The notes: a model not told the origin generated them from the sequence alone. DNA of 64,000 nt from Lama guanicoe (GCA_013239625.1 MU054001.1:5629078-5693077), one strand, 5' to 3'; positions 12,760-26,550 are shown, numbered from the stretch's first letter. Translations and numbers: made by a program.

Positions 12760-13880
12760 ACTAGTCTGCACTGAGAACAAGTGGAAACACTGGTTTAATA
12801 AAATCAAAAGTAAAAATTTCTTTGAGGGACAAATCTTCCATACAGAAGAATTTCAAATTAGGTAAGCAGATACTTTTACCTCCAGTGTGTGGCCCGTAAT
12901 GCTCATGAGTGTGGCTCTTAGAGACCCACTTCCAAAGAATATAGTAGAAAAAGGGAAAAGCCACGACTTCACAGTGGAGAAATCTGACAGGCACCATTTG
13001 AACTAAATGATCAAGGTTAACATCACTAGGAATAAGTCAGGTTGACATCACATACCGTCTTAATTCAGGCCGCTGTTAAAAAAACAAAATACCACAGACA
13101 CTTATTTCTCACAGTTCTGGAGGCTGGAAGTCCAAGGCCAAGGTGCTGGCAGATTTGGTTCCTGGTGAGGGCGCTGTTTCCGGCTCTCTGTGTTCTCATG
13201 CGGTGGAGAGAGGGAGAGGACGCAGGCTCTCCGTTGCCCAGTCTTGTACAGGCACTGATCTCATCAGGAGGGAACCTCACTCGTGACCTCATCGAAACCT
13301 AATTACCTCCCGAAGGCCTCACCTCCGAACACCATCATATTGGGGCTTAGGGCTTCCACATGTGAATTTGGGGGATACAAACATTCAATCCATAACATGG
13401 ACCCCTGAAATAATGTAATGAGAAGAGTGCTTTGAATCTGTGATATTCCTCCCCTAGAATGATAATCCATTCATGAGAAAACATCAGACAAACCAAAACT
13501 GAGAGACCCTTTACAAACTCCCCGACTAGTACTCTTCAAAACCATCAAGGTCGTGAAAAACAGTAACGACTGATAAAACTGTCACGGGCCATGTTACAGA
13601 CATGACAACTAAACATAATTGCGGCACCCTGGAGTAGACATTAGAACAGAGAAAGGACATTATGACAAACCTGATGAAACTTGAATACGAAATTTGAATA
13701 AACTCTATTGATTACTTAACAGCATTGTATCCACGTTAATTTATTGGTTTTGACAAATGTAATGAGATTAGGCAAGATGTAAATGTCAGGGGAACTGGAT
13801 GAAGGGTCTATGGGAACACTATACTATTTTGCAGCCTTCTATAATTAAAAATTTATTTCAAAATAAAAGGTTTATTTAAA
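12760..13880 (+). mobile_element. L1MC-like 3' fragment interrupted by an MLT1A-like LTR (~13055-13397)
   Basis: acagtggagaaatctgaca, tgagaaaacatcagacaaacc; the inner LTR has tatttctcacagttctggaggctggaagtcc and ends cattcaatccataaca. Confidence 0.75.
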
Positions 13881-14776
13881 TATTATTGTCGTTGTTTGAA
13901 GACAGCTAGGACTTAAAGAGCCCGAGCAAAGGCGGATGGGTTGAAATGAACCTGGTCTTGTGTACAGCTCCACTTGCAGGGATTAACCACAGGGCCAGGA
14001 AGTCCCGTAGGGCCAGAAGGCTTAGAAGCTTCCTCTTGGGGTCTTTGCTGATTCATAAGTAGTGCTGGGCTCCAATGAGCATCCCAGAAGAGCCGCATCC
14101 TAGGAATAAAGGTGAAGTGGAAATAATCTGATCCCCCTGAAGACTAAAACTCGGTTTCAAACCAACTCAGGCTCAGATTAAGCTAATCTGCACTTAGTGA
14201 AACTACCTGCCAGAGGCAAAAGTAAATCCTCTCTCGAGGAAAGTAACATCATGAGGGCCTCACGTTGTCTGTATAATTTTTTATCCACGATGCCTGGCAT
14301 TCCGTAAAAGACGTCAGTGGCATAGGATATGGCAGAAAGGCCAAACATACATAGAACTGGAATTTCACAGTGAGAGAAAAAGAGAGAAGGGGAAAGTGGC
14401 ACTAAGGTAAGAGAATATGGCTGAGTGATACGACATCATGTTATAGATCCAAGAAGCTCTATGAATGCCAAGAAGAAATATGAACACATCTAGTTGCTCT
14501 GTATCAAAACTGCTGAAAATCAAATACAAAAAAAAATTCTTAAAAGCAACCAGGGGGAAAAAGACGCATTACTCTCAAAAGAACAACAAGATTGGCCATT
14601 TTTCAGCAGAAATTATGGTAGCCTAGAGGACAATCCAATGGAATCTTTATGGAGCACAGACGAAATAACTGCCAGTCTAGAATTCTGTTCTCAGTGAAAA
14701 TATCTTTCCAAAATGAAGGTAAAATGAAAACATTTTCAGTCAAACCGAAGCTGAGAGTGTGCATTTCTAGCACAGT

Positions 14777-14906
14777 GGGGAGGGCACAGCTCAAGTGGTG
14801 GAGCGCACGCACGAGGTCCTGGGTTCAATCCCCAGTACCTCCACTGAAAAACCAAATACATAAATAAATGAACCTAATTACCTCCCCCCTGCAAAAAAAA
14901 AAAAAA
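14777..14906 (+). mobile_element. Vic-1-type SINE with the anticodon arm deleted
   Basis: ggggagggcacagctcaagtgg...gaggtcctgggttcaatccccagtacctcca...acctaattacctccccc plus A-tail. Confidence 0.85.
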
Positions 14907-15679
14907 GATGGAGGCACAGTAATGCAAAAAGAAAAGATGAACCGCAGAAAGGCAATCGTATCTTTAAATCTAAATGAAAGTTGGCCAGAGGCAACAATAA
15001 TGTCTGGCTGGTGAGAGTGTAGAGTGGTTCAGCCTCTGTGAAAAACAGATTGATGATTCAAACAAACAAACGAACAAACCAGTCTGGTGGTTAAACAGAA
15101 TTGTCATATAGCCCAGTAATTCCACTCATACGTATCTATTCAAAAGAATTAAAAGCAGGTACTCAAACAAGTCTTGTACACTCATGTTCATGTTCATAAC
15201 ACTATTCCTGATAGTCAGAAAGATGAAAACTACTCATATGTCCATCAATTGTGGTGTGTACACACGATGGAATATTAAAGTACAATGCATGCTACAACAT
15301 GAATAAATCTTGAAAATCTTATGCTAATCAAAAGAAGCCAAACATAAAAGATAACATATTATATGATTCCTTTTATATGAAATATTCAGACTAGGAAAAT
15401 CCATAGAAACAGAATGTAGATTTGTAGCTGCCAGAGGCAGGGGCTTTGGTGGAGTAGGGAGTAATTGCTTAATGGGAACATGGTTTTATTTTGGAGTAAT
15501 GGAAATGTTTGGGAACTGTATAGAAGTGACGGTTGCACAACATTGTGAATTTCTAAATACCACTAAAATTTTCACTTGAAAGCAGTTAATTTTATGTTAT
15601 GTGAAGTATCACCTCAAATTTTAAAATTCTATAGCAATCATGGTACTTAAAGGTGAAATATTAAAATCATTCCACTGAA

Positions 15680-15827
15680 GCGGGGGATATAACTCAAGTG
15701 GTAGAGTACATGCTTAGCATGCACAAGGCTCTGGGTTCAATCCCTTGTACCTCCTCTAAAAATAAATAAATGAATAAGCTTAGTTACCTCCCCTCTCAAA
15801 AATAAGTAAATAAAATATTTCTTTTAA
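15680..15827 (+). mobile_element. Vic-1-type SINE
   Basis: tRNA-Ala-like head; TSD aaaatcattccactga / aaaagcattccactga. Confidence 0.85.
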
Positions 15828-16334
15828 AAAAGCATTCCACTGAGATCAGAACAAAGATGCCCATTATCACCACTTCTATTTAACAGCTGGGGCAATAGTT
15901 ATGAAAAAGAGGAGGAAGAAGACACAGAAGAAGGAAGAAGAGGTGGAGGAGGGGAGAGGAGAAATAAAATGCACAGGCTCAGTAAGGAAGAAAAAAATTG
16001 TCACGTGCACAGATGACATTATTATAAACCTGGAAGATCTAAACAAATCTACAGATAAACTATTACAATCAGTAAGTGAATTTAGCAAGGTTATTGGACA
16101 CAAGGTCAAAAAATTTTTACAATCTGCTGCATTTCTATCTCATTAGAAATTGAAGAGAAATTCAAATATATACAGTAGCATCAAGGATATACATATATAG
16201 GAATAAATACAACAAAAATGTGCAGAAACTTTACACAGAAAATTTCAATATTTGATTGAGGAATATTAAAAAAGATTTACAAAAATGAATTAATATTCTG
16301 TTCATAGATTGAACTATTCATTATTTCTTTTTTT

Positions 16335-16475
16335 CCTCATTAACATTTATATCTATTTCATGTTGGAATGATAATATTTTGGATCTATTAAATTAAATAT
16401 ATTGTTCAAAAGAGTTTCACCCATTTTTTTTCACATTTTCAGTGTGACTACAAGAAATTTTAAAATTACACATTA
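16335..16475. mobile_element. MER3/MER33-like DNA transposon fragment
   Basis: tttcatgttggaatgataatattttggat...gtgtgactacaagaaattttaaaattacacat. Confidence 0.55.
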
Positions 16476-16479
16476 GACT

Positions 16480-16946
16480 CACTCTCCAAACGCTAACCAA
16501 TGATAGTGAAATTTATCCTATAAATGCAATTCTCAGAATATGAGTTTTCAGACTACAATATCCTAGTTAAATTTCCTCAAATTCAAGAATCAATTTGTAA
16601 AATATACATTTCTTATTAAATTAAATATATAAGATATTCTCATCAATGGAGTCATTCAACAGAAACGACTTTGTCATACAATACATCACTGAAAGAACTG
16701 GACCATTCTCTTTTGCAACAAGGAAGAATGGCAGTGTCCTTTCAGCCTTTATGACATTTGTGCTCCAAAATATACCTGATACAAAGAGGTTTGTTATACT
16801 TATTTTTATTAATATTTCTAATAAGGATTTTTTTTTTACTATCCCCTTCATTCTTACTCTACATTATTTATAAAATGACTTTAAAAATTCTAAGGGTCCT
16901 TTGGAACCAGAAGGTGATAACTATTTCCTGGCATACTGATGATTAA
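16480..16946 (+). mobile_element. Probable piggyBac-superfamily (Looper-like) fossil
   Basis: Frameshifted translation YSHQWSHSTETT...GPFSFATRKNGSVLSAFMTFVLQNIPD resembles piggyBac transposase N-terminal motifs; the segment ends at TTAA (16943-16946). Confidence 0.45.
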
Positions 16947-17129
16947 GGATTTTTTTTTTCCAGAAGTTGTCACTCAACAATTCACATATTTCACTGTCCA
17001 GAACTTAGTCATATCTCCTGGCGAGGTGGTTGCCAGGAATTGCAGTGTTCATTTTGAATGACTCTGTACTTAGCTACAGTACTTAGAGGTTTTTATTTCT
17101 AAAACGGTAGGAGAGGACATACACGTGAT

Positions 17130-18630
17130 TTTTAAGATTGCCAGTTCTTCCTAACTTGATCTGTAGGGTTAATGCAATCACGATGAAAATCCCAGTAGGT
17201 TTTTGTTTTTTTAGGAATGGAGGAGGTTTGAAATTGACATACCAATTCTAGGATTTATAGAAAATACAAAGGGCCAGGAATAGCTAAGACAATCTTGCAG
17301 AATAAGAACATAGCTGGAGGACTTAGACTACAGTAATGAGATAGTCTAGTACTGATACAAAGATGTGAAAGAAAAGAGTCCAGAAACAGATCACATGCAT
17401 GTAGACAATCATGATAAAAGGTGATACTGCAGTGGGGAAAAAATGAGCCTTTCCATACGTGGTGAAGTTCAACTGAATATCCATTTAGAAAAAAAATGAA
17501 TCTTGGTTCCTATCTCATACCATATATAAAAATCAAATCCAGATAGATGGTAGATCTAAATCTGAAAAGCAAAACAATAAAGCTTCTAGAAATTAGTATA
17601 AGAAAATACATTTATATCCTTGTATCTGGCCAAGTTCTTAAACAGAACACAAAGAACTAAGCGTAAAAGAAAAATAGGCCCATTGGTCTATATTAAATTG
17701 AAGAACTTCCATTTAGCAAACAACACCGTCACGAGAGTAAAAAGGCAGGTTATAGAATGGGCAAAGGGTTTTGCAGTACTGACAAAGGTCTAAGATCCAA
17801 AACACACAAAGAACTGCACATTTGTTAAAAAAAAAAAAGATTGACAACTCGAGAAAAGCAAAAGGCCAGCCTGTATGTAGTAAGGGATATCCAAATGGCC
17901 AGGAAACCTGTCCAAAAAAAAAATAAATGCTCATCCTCATTTGTCATCAGGGAAGCACAAATTAAAACCACAGTAATTTACTGCTACACCCCTGCCAGAA
18001 TACCCAAAATGACATGGTAGGTCACAGGATGGCAAATATGTGGTGAAACTGAGACTCTCAAACACTGCTGGTGAGAGTGTAAACTGGCACCCCTACTTTG
18101 GAAAATGCTTTGGCACAATCTATCAAAGGTGAATGTAAGTACACGCTGTAACCAGCGAGGTACATTCTCGATGAAATGGGGACATATGCACATGTGTGAG
18201 AGTATTTATAGCAGCATCATTTTCCAAACAGAAAAGGGAAGCAATCCGAATATTCATCGACAGGGGAATGGATCCGGTGTGAGTTTAACGGTGGAGTATG
18301 ATACAGAAATGCCTGTGAATGAACTCTTAGTACACCCGGGGGATCTCATCGTGTTGAGTGAAAGAAGCTAAACAGAAAAGAGTACATATTTTATGATCCT
18401 GCAGACGTAAAGTTTAAACAGAGATCAGAATCATTTCTGATATTAGAAGCCAGAAGGGTGGTCCTCTGAGCTGGAGAAAGGAGTGGCTGGAGGGGGCACG
18501 AGGGGAGCTTCAGGGCCTCTTACGATGATTTATTTATCTGAAAGAAAGTTACCCCAGTGTGCTCACTGTGAAAATTCATCCAGTTATCCCTTTTCTATGT
18601 TTATGTTCAATAAATTTGCTTATTTTTTTA
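17130..18630 (+). mobile_element. Old L1 (L1MD/ME-like) ORF2 3' region and 3' UTR
   Basis: gccaggaatagctaagacaatcttg, gcacaaattaaaaccaca, actgctggtgagagtgtaaactgg, gttgagtgaaagaagc. Confidence 0.8.
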
Positions 18631-18886
18631 ATGCACATAGCTTATAGATACTAATCTTCAATAAGTCTATAAATACAGTTTTTCAGATGCAGAAAAAAGC
18701 CCTCAGAATCTTGCTTACCCCTAATGTACACAGGCTGGGACTCTTGCCTTCTCCCAAAGTCCCTATCATTTTCCTGGCTCTTTCTTGAAGTCTCCAAAAG
18801 GAAACCTCACGTCTATTTACAAAACTGTCAAACATTTCAACTTCTGCAAATACCAGAAAACTAGTTGTACAAAAAGTCAAAATCAA

Positions 18887-19358
18887 GGTGGAGGGTATAG
18901 CTTGGCGGTAGAGCACATGCTTAGCATGCATGAGGTCCTGGGTTCAAGCCCCAGAACCTCCATTAAAAATAAAGAAAGAGCCAGAAATAGAAAGAAAAAT
19001 ACCATATGCTATCACTTATATGTGGAATCTGAAAGAAAAAAAAAGGACATAAATGAACTACTTGTTATTTATAATCTTGATGATTGAGTTCTTGAATATG
19101 TGTAAGCACATTTGACTGTCTTTTATGATTGTATTACTGCATTCTGTTGATTCTTATTCTGTGGTTGGCTTTATTCCTTTGATAACTATGTAAGTTAAAA
19201 AGCTAAAGAACTCAACCGTTCTTAGAAAACAATAAACAGTACATATAAGCAAAGTTTAAAACGGTTTTATCTCACAATGAGATGTTCTTCCTAGAATAAA
19301 CTTTGTTTACATAAAAAACTTGAAAGAAATAAACCTAATTAATTCCCCCTCTAAAAAT
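18887..19358 (+). mobile_element. Vic-1-type SINE containing a nested ~345-bp L1-type 3' end (18978-19322)
   Basis: Outer TSD AAGTCAAAATCAA (18874-18886, 19359-19371); inner direct repeat AAAGAAA; SINE head and tail are separated by the insert. Confidence 0.8.
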
Positions 19359-19639
19359 AAGTCAAAATCAAAATCCAAGTTAGGTCTCAGCCAGGAGAAC
19401 CTGTTAACAAAAATAAGACCCCATTATCAAAAATAAGACCCCATACTGCAGTTTTCTTTTTGAGTTTATCATGGACTTGTCCCCTTCTCAGCATCTATAA
19501 ATCCACCTTATCCCCATCAACAGTTGTCTGATAATCTATTCTATAGTTTTTCAGCATTTTTCATAATAAATCTCCTTTCTAAGAGCATTAAAGTTATTTT
19601 CAACTATTTGCTTTTTAAAAAAAAGTCCCAGTTAATATT

Positions 19640-20350
19640 TTAGCACATACATCCTTTCCATTTGATTATTCTTTTCATTAGAATAAATGATGTGAAGTTA
19701 AAATATTAAGACAAAGGCACACAGGTGGATAAGGGTTTGGATGTGTTTCCAATTGGTCTCCAGAAAGGCTGTGAGCATTTATCCCACCACAGTCTAAAAG
19801 AGCACCTTCTCTCCCACACCCTTGACAACACTGCTTATCATCAATCTTTTTAATCTTCGCCAAATCTGACGTATGAAAACAGTATCTTGTTGTTTTAATG
19901 ATCATTTATTTGACTATAAGCAAGGTTGAACCTACATTTATTTATCTGTCATTTGTAGTTCTTTTTTTGTCAAGTCTTCCCATTTTTGGTGAGGTCTACC
20001 TCTAATTTTCTTTTTAATGAGTTATAGTAAGTTTACAACATTGTGTCAATTTCTGGTATACAGCACAATTTTTCAGTCATACATGAATATATGCATATTC
20101 ATTTTCATATTCTTTTTCACTGTGAGCTACTACAAGGTGCCCTCTAACTTTTGAGTTGTTCATCCATGGTAAAGAGATCAACCATGTTTCTATCAGAGAT
20201 GAAGCAACTATTATTTCTCAGTTTGACATCTGAATTTACATTTTGTTTTGTGCTCTGTTATGTTGCACAGAAATTTTCCTGTCTTTGGTACCAAGGCTAA
20301 GAAACACTTTCTATACCCCAAAGATTATAAAAATATTTTCCTCTGTTTTC
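19640..20350 (-). mobile_element. Old L1M fragment with a young L1 3' end inserted at ~20010-20137
   Basis: L1 antisense motifs; the insert is flanked by cctctaatttt/cctctaacttt. Confidence 0.7.
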
Positions 20351-20529
20351 TAGATCAAGGTTACACATAAACAGTAAAGCCAGAATTTGAACATGAGCTT
20401 ATCTTACATCATAACGTGTGTAACTCTTTGCTATATTGTTAGCAATCAGAGCAAGGATCTCTGGATACTAAGAATATAGGTATCTTTAATTTATTTTTAC
20501 TTCTCTATATTTTCACACATGTACAATAA

Positions 20530-20750
20530 GGCATGATAGTATAGTGGTTGACAGAGGGGGCGCTGGAGCCACAACTCTGTTACTTCTTAGCTGTGCGACT
20601 CTGGGAAAGTTACTTACCTTCTCTGTGTCTTGATTCACTTATTCATAAAGTGGGGGACATTATAGTACCTACCTTGTAAAATTATTGTGCAAACTCAGTG
20701 AATTAAGTGTCGGAACAGTGCCTGCTATATCATAAGCTCAAGATAAGTTC
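20530..20750 (+). mobile_element. MIR SINE
   Basis: tagctgtgcgactctgggaaagttacttaccttctctgtgtct; aacagtgcctg. Confidence 0.7.
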
Positions 20751-23700
20751 TTGTTTTAACAAACATATACTACTTTTGTAACAAAAACAAACTAAAGTTA
20801 TTTTTTAAATGAGAATATGCCGTAAGGGCAAGTAACTGAAAAGCCCATTAGCCTAGTCCCCTGGAGAGCTGTCCTGGGATCCCAGGGCAAACCCTCACTG
20901 TCCAGTCCTCACACTCAGCTCGGTCAGATCAAGTCCCCAAGAGGACACAGAAGCCACCCTCCCTGCCCCCAGCCCTGGCCCCTCGGTTTCCAAACCCCAG
21001 AGCTTTCTGATCCCAACTAGGTTTTTAGGTAAGGACCAAATATTTGGAGGATGACAAGAAAAAGGAAACGTGTTTGAGTCATTCTTCAGACATCTACTGA
21101 GTGCCCACTGTGTGTGATCTACCTGACCAGGTAACTGTTGTCATTTACGAGGACCTACTGTGTGCTGGCCATTTAATGAAGATTAATTATCTCATTAAAA
21201 ACTCACCCTCACCCCAGGAGGCAGGCATGCCTGTATCACCAAAGTTCAGAGAGCTAAGTGACTTTCCCCAAATCCCCAAAGGTGGAAAGTGGCAGGGCTA
21301 GCCTTGGTTAGAAGTGGCCTGGCCCCCCTGCACACTGCTGATTGGCTGCACTGTCCCTCCTGAGGGTCCCCTGAACTGAGTTAGAAGCAGCCACTGGAAG
21401 GGCAAGCTTCGAAGGGAAAAGATAGGTCTGCCCCTGCTTTTCTTGAACACACACACATACACTTCCTGGCCTCCTCTACAAAGTCACGTTATTTGGGAAG
21501 AAACTGGGGCCTTCAAGAAGGCCCTGCCTGGCAGGCTTTTGGGGCAGCCAGCCAGCTTCCCATCAGCCTCAGGCAGAGCACCCCCAAATGGCCACAGGGG
21601 AAGGCAAGGGATTCCGGGCTGCCCCTTGCCCTGACCAGGGATGCACCAAGTTCTGCGTTTCAGAGCCGAGCCCTGGATGCCAAGCAGGGCGCATGCGCCC
21701 CAAAGTTTCCTCCCTGGTTCCCTCTTCACACGCCTCTGAGCAGCCTCAGCCCGCAAGAAGCCAAGGTTTGTTGCCTAATTACATCCCTCAAGACTCTGAA
21801 GGGTCTTCACTACTCCCACAGAGCCCCTTCCTCCCCCATCCTCCTCCAGGAAGCCCACCCGACCCCACACCTACAGGCAGCTTCCCCTGGGCAGGGCTGG
21901 CTGTCCCCTCCTACATCCCAGCATCGCTCACATCTCAGGGCTGTGTTCAGGGCCTGTCTTGTCTCTTCCCCTAGTCCCCAGGCCCTTCTTCTGAAGCAGG
22001 AATGAGGCTGTCTTCACTTTGAATCCCCGCAGCCTTCAGCCAAGGGCTGGGCTCACAGAAAGTGCTTAATAAATGTTGGTGACAAATGAATGAGTACAAA
22101 AATCTAAAATGAACACAGTTCATTTTACAGTTCTCTCCAAGGAACTGGTTGATGAAGTGCTTTGGATTCTGGTGGAAAGACTGCAAAATCTGTATTTTAG
22201 ACTAAGTCCTGCCCTGACCAACTTTAGTCCCTGGCTCTAAACAGGTCACAAATAACCTTTCTGAACCTGAGTTTCCTCAGCTACAAATCCTGGTCAGGGC
22301 AGAGCAGCTCCACACTCCGCACAGGGGGAGGAAGAGGAGGAGGTGATAGCCCGGGGAAGTGTTCTGCGGGAAGAGGGGTCCTTAGTTTGGTTTGTCATCC
22401 TCCGGGAGAGAGCTGCCCACCCTGCCCCAGCAGGTCTCCTTTTCCCCCCGCTGGTCCCAGGGGAAAGCTGTTTTCAGACTTCAGGGAGCTGGACACTCAC
22501 AAAGAGGGCTTTGAAATCTCGAGGGCTCGTCCTATCCTAGAAGCCTGTCTTCCTGCCCAGAACCCTCAGCTCCCTTCTGGAAGGTCTGGGGCAGGGGAAG
22601 GGCGTGAGACCATCCAGCTCGGGTGACAGGTGCCTGCCGGGGGACCTTTAAGTCCAGCCAGTGGCCTGCCAGCCATGTCCAAAGCTCTGAGGTCATTTCC
22701 CCTGATACCAGAGACTTGGCACCTGCTGCAATCCTTGGCGGATTAGGATGCCGGGAGCGCCCCAGATCTGACGCCACCCGCCCTGGCGCCTGGCAGAGAG
22801 GCCTGAGAGGAGCGGACCGCCCTCCGCTGCCAAGAGCCCAGGCCCTGCTGTGGGGACAGGTTCCACCAAGGCCAAGGGAGCTGCCAGCCTGTGCCCTGCA
22901 AGGCTGACCTTGGGCTCAAGGGCACCCATTGGCAAGGGACTGGTTGTGGAGACTCTGAAGGGGGATCCAGCCTCACTCTCGCAGCCTCTTCACTGTTGAT
23001 GCCACCAACAGTTGCTAAGAGATGGCAGGCGTCACAGGTGCTGGCAGGAAGATTCCCCAGGGCCCTGCCGATGCCTGACCCCTGGCAGAGTCTGGGGCTC
23101 TGTCCATATCCTCGGCCTCTGCGGAGGCCAGAGGTCACTGCCAGGAGCCAGTGGCTTAGCTGAGAGATCACTTGCTTGGAGCATGCATGCTGCACCTAGC
23201 AATCCTCAGAGAGGCAGCAAGGGTGTCATGAAGGACACGGGTCTGGACACTACTAACCTGTGTGTGATCTGGGTGGCTCCCTAGCTGGCAAGTCACGCAA
23301 CCTGTTTGAACTTGAGTTTCTTTCTCCATAAAATGAGGATAATTAGACAACATCAACTGATCACCCAGAGGGACTGTTAGAATTAAAAGAGATGATGGCT
23401 GGAGAGTGCTCAGCAAGTTGTAAGATGGACTTCAGTGCCAGTCACCGTCATCACAAATACAGAACTGGGTTTATGGCACCCGGGGAAAGAAGACACGCCA
23501 TCCTCCACTGGGCCAAACTTGAGGTTTGCCAAATCCTGTCTAGGGTGGGTTCCTATCCCATTTTGTTATAAACGTATATGTCTATGTTATCAAATGAGAT
23601 ACAAAAATTATAAAAGAGAATTCTTAAATGATACATTGTATTAAATATAATTTCTATAACTGTATAAATAAAATGTATGACTAAGTGTATTGTTTCATAG

Positions 23701-24274
23701 GTAGTCTAGGAGATTATTCACAATGTGTTAATAACTACCTTATCAAGGGGGAGTTGTGAGTGGCTTTTAAGCTTATTCTTTTCGCTTATCTGTATTTTCT
23801 GTCTTTTCTGCAATGTTGGATTGCTTCCGCGCTTTTCTGTACAGTCAGACAGGGTGGCTGCCGCGCTAGAGAGGGGGCTCCTTCAACACTAGAAGATTCA
23901 CCTCGTCCAGACTTCTCCCCGGGAATGACCCAGGCCCTGTGGATGTGGCCTCCCCAGGGCTGCTGTTTCCCAGTAAAACTCTTTTTCCAAAGAAATCTCA
24001 CACAGAAGCCCGAGGTATACACAGGAAGGGGAGGCAGCCTGCACGGTGGAAGGGGCTCAGCCTCAGAAATCAGAGAGACCTGGGGCTGTGGGGCATCAGA
24101 CAAACCCCCTGCCTCTAGCTCATTAGCTGTAAAATGGGCTCCTAATACTTGCCCCACAGGGTGGCTGTGAGAATTCAGTGTCATCTCTTTGTAAGTATTG
24201 CTGGTCTCACAGCAAATGTACAAAATGTGTTAGCAATTGGTAAACAAAGTTTTTAAATAAAAAAATATAGACAA

Positions 24275-24400
24275 GGGAGAGGGTAACAGCTGAGTGACAG
24301 AGCTGTGCTTAGCATAGCTGGTTCAATCCCCAGGACCTTGTTTAAAAAAAATATATATATATATGTATATATACATATATATATATATGTAAATATATAT
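24275..24400 (+). mobile_element. Degenerate tRNA-derived SINE with a (TA)n tail
   Basis: gtgcttagcat...ggttcaatccccagg followed by an A-run and TA microsatellite (~24350-24400). Confidence 0.7.
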
Positions 24401-25086
24401 AGGCAGAATTGCTCTGGTTAAAGGGGTGTGGACCTTCCCTGTCCTCTGCAGTGGCCCTGAAGGGACATCCATGGAAGCTTGAGCTCCAAAGAGCAGAGCC
24501 AGGATGCCCTGTAGAGGGAGGGGCACTGAACTAGGGTCAGGAGGCAGCGCTCTCAGGCCAGGCTGGGCCACTAGCAAGATCATGGGTCATTGTATCTCTC
24601 TGTGCCCCTGTCTCATCTGCAAACCACAGGAGGAGATCTCAATGGGAAGTGTGAAAACTTTTGCTGGGCTTAGGGGCAGGATTTGGTGTGTCACCGAGAT
24701 TGTTTCCTTCCAAATGGCCTTGTAGATGAAACAGCTGTTATATAATTCCCTGTTTTAAACTCCATTTTACGTATGTGGTATATGTTTGCATATAAACAGC
24801 AAGTATTTTTGCAGTTTTAAACTGTACGGTATTTTCTGGGATTGCAACTCCTATGTAAATCAAGATAAGATGCATTGTTTTGTGCATTATCTTACGAAGA
24901 GATTTCTGAAAATTGAACCACTGATGGCTCACAGTGTTTGATCCACCAAAACATCCATCACAAAATACCACACACACTTATGCTAATTCCACACATGGTC
25001 TAAACATCTATTTCATTAATTCTACTGGTGTAGTTTGGCCAGGGCAGTTGCCTGTTTGAAAGCCCATTTTTTCCTAAGCCTCAGGG

Positions 25087-26550
25087 TTTTTTTTCAATAC
25101 AATTTTTACAGGTTATATTCCATTTACAGTTATTACAAAATACTGATATATTCCCCGTGTTGTACAAAACATCCCTGTAGTCTCACACCCAACAGTGTGT
25201 CCCTCCCACTTCGCCACCGCCATATTCCCCCCGACCTCCCCACTGGTAACCACTAGTTTGTTCTATCTGTGAGTCTGCTTCTTTTTGATCATATTCATTA
25301 GTTTGTTGTATTTTTTAAGATTCTACATATAAGTGATATTATGGGGTATTTGTCTTTCTCTGTCTAATTTCGCTTCGCATAATGCCTTCCAAGTCCATCT
25401 GTGTTGCTACAAATGGCAAAATTTCATTCTTTTATGACTGAGTAGTATCCCATTATATATACATCCACCACATCTTCTTTATTCATCTGTTGATTGACAC
25501 TTAAGTTGCTTCCATATCTTGGCAACTGTAAAAAAAAAATACTTCTACAAACATTGGTGCACATGTATCTTTCCAAATTAGTGTTTTTGTATTTTTCAGA
25601 TATATACCCAGGACTGGAACTGCTGGGTCATATGGTATCTCTGTTTTTAGTTTTTTGAGAAACCTCCATTACTGTTTTTCACAGAGGCTGACCCAATTTA
25701 CATTCCTACCAACAGTGTACAAGGGTTCCCTTTTCTCCACATCCTCGCCAGCATTTGTTATTTGTGTTCTGTGTGATGACAGTCATTCTAACAGGTGTGA
25801 GGTGAAATCTCATTGTGGTTTTGATTTGCATTTCCCTGATGATTAGCGATGCTGAGCATCTTTTCACGTGCATGTTGGCCACCTGCATGTCCTCTTGGGA
25901 AAAATGTCTCTTCAGTTCTTCTGCCCATTTTTTAGTCAAATTGTTTGTTTGTTTGTTTGTTTTTTGATGCTGAGTTGCATGAGCTGTTTATACATGTTGG
26001 ATATTAATCCCTTACTGGTCATATTATTTGCAAATATCTTCTACGCTGTAGGTTGTCTTTTCATTTTGTCAGTGGTTTCCTTTCCTGTGCAAAAGCTTTT
26101 AAGATTAATTAGGCCCTCTTTGTTTAGTTTTGTTTTTATTTCCCTTACTTTAGGAGATGGAGCTGGAAAAATACTGCTGTGATTTATGTCAGAGTGTTTT
26201 GCCTATGTTTCCCTCTAGGAGTTTTACAGTATCCAGTCTTACCTTTAGGTCTTCAATCCATTTTGAGGTTTTTTTTCTATACACTGTTAGACAATTTCTA
26301 ATTTCAATCTGTTACAGGCAGCTGTCCAGTTTCCCCAGCAACACTCATTGAGGAGACTGTCTTTCCTCCATTGTATATTCTTGCCTCCTTTGTTGTAAAT
26401 TAATTGACTGTATGTGTGTGGGTTTATTTCTGGACTTTCTATCCTGTTCCATTGATCTATGTGTCTGTTTCATGCCACTTCCAGACTGTTTTGATTACTG
26501 TAGCTTTGTAGTATAGTCTGAAACCAGGGAGTGTGACTCTTCTGTTCTTC
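25087..26550 (-). mobile_element. L1 3' portion (ORF2 C-terminus and 3' UTR)
   Basis: Minus-strand translation [50 protein letters not shown]...[15 protein letters not shown] is the L1 ORF2 C-terminal region. Confidence 0.9.

Larger units (their letters stand above)
14350..16320 (+). mobile_element. Patchwork of old L1M fragments (ORF1 remnant, L1MB-like 3' end ~15010-15625, ORF2 RT remnant)
   Basis: Translated remnants ILFSVKISFQNEGKMKTFS (ORF1) and CTDDIIINLE..KSTDKLLQSVSEFSKVIGHKV (ORF2 RT). Confidence 0.75.

Noticed and set aside
20547..20565. CTCF-like AGGGGGCGCT
   Set aside because: Lacks the upstream CC of the core motif and lies at the edge of a MIR
21493..22005. 170-aa plus-strand ORF and overlapping ORFs at 22300-23300
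   Set aside because: GC-rich sequence open in several frames on both strands, with no recognisable domain or splice logic
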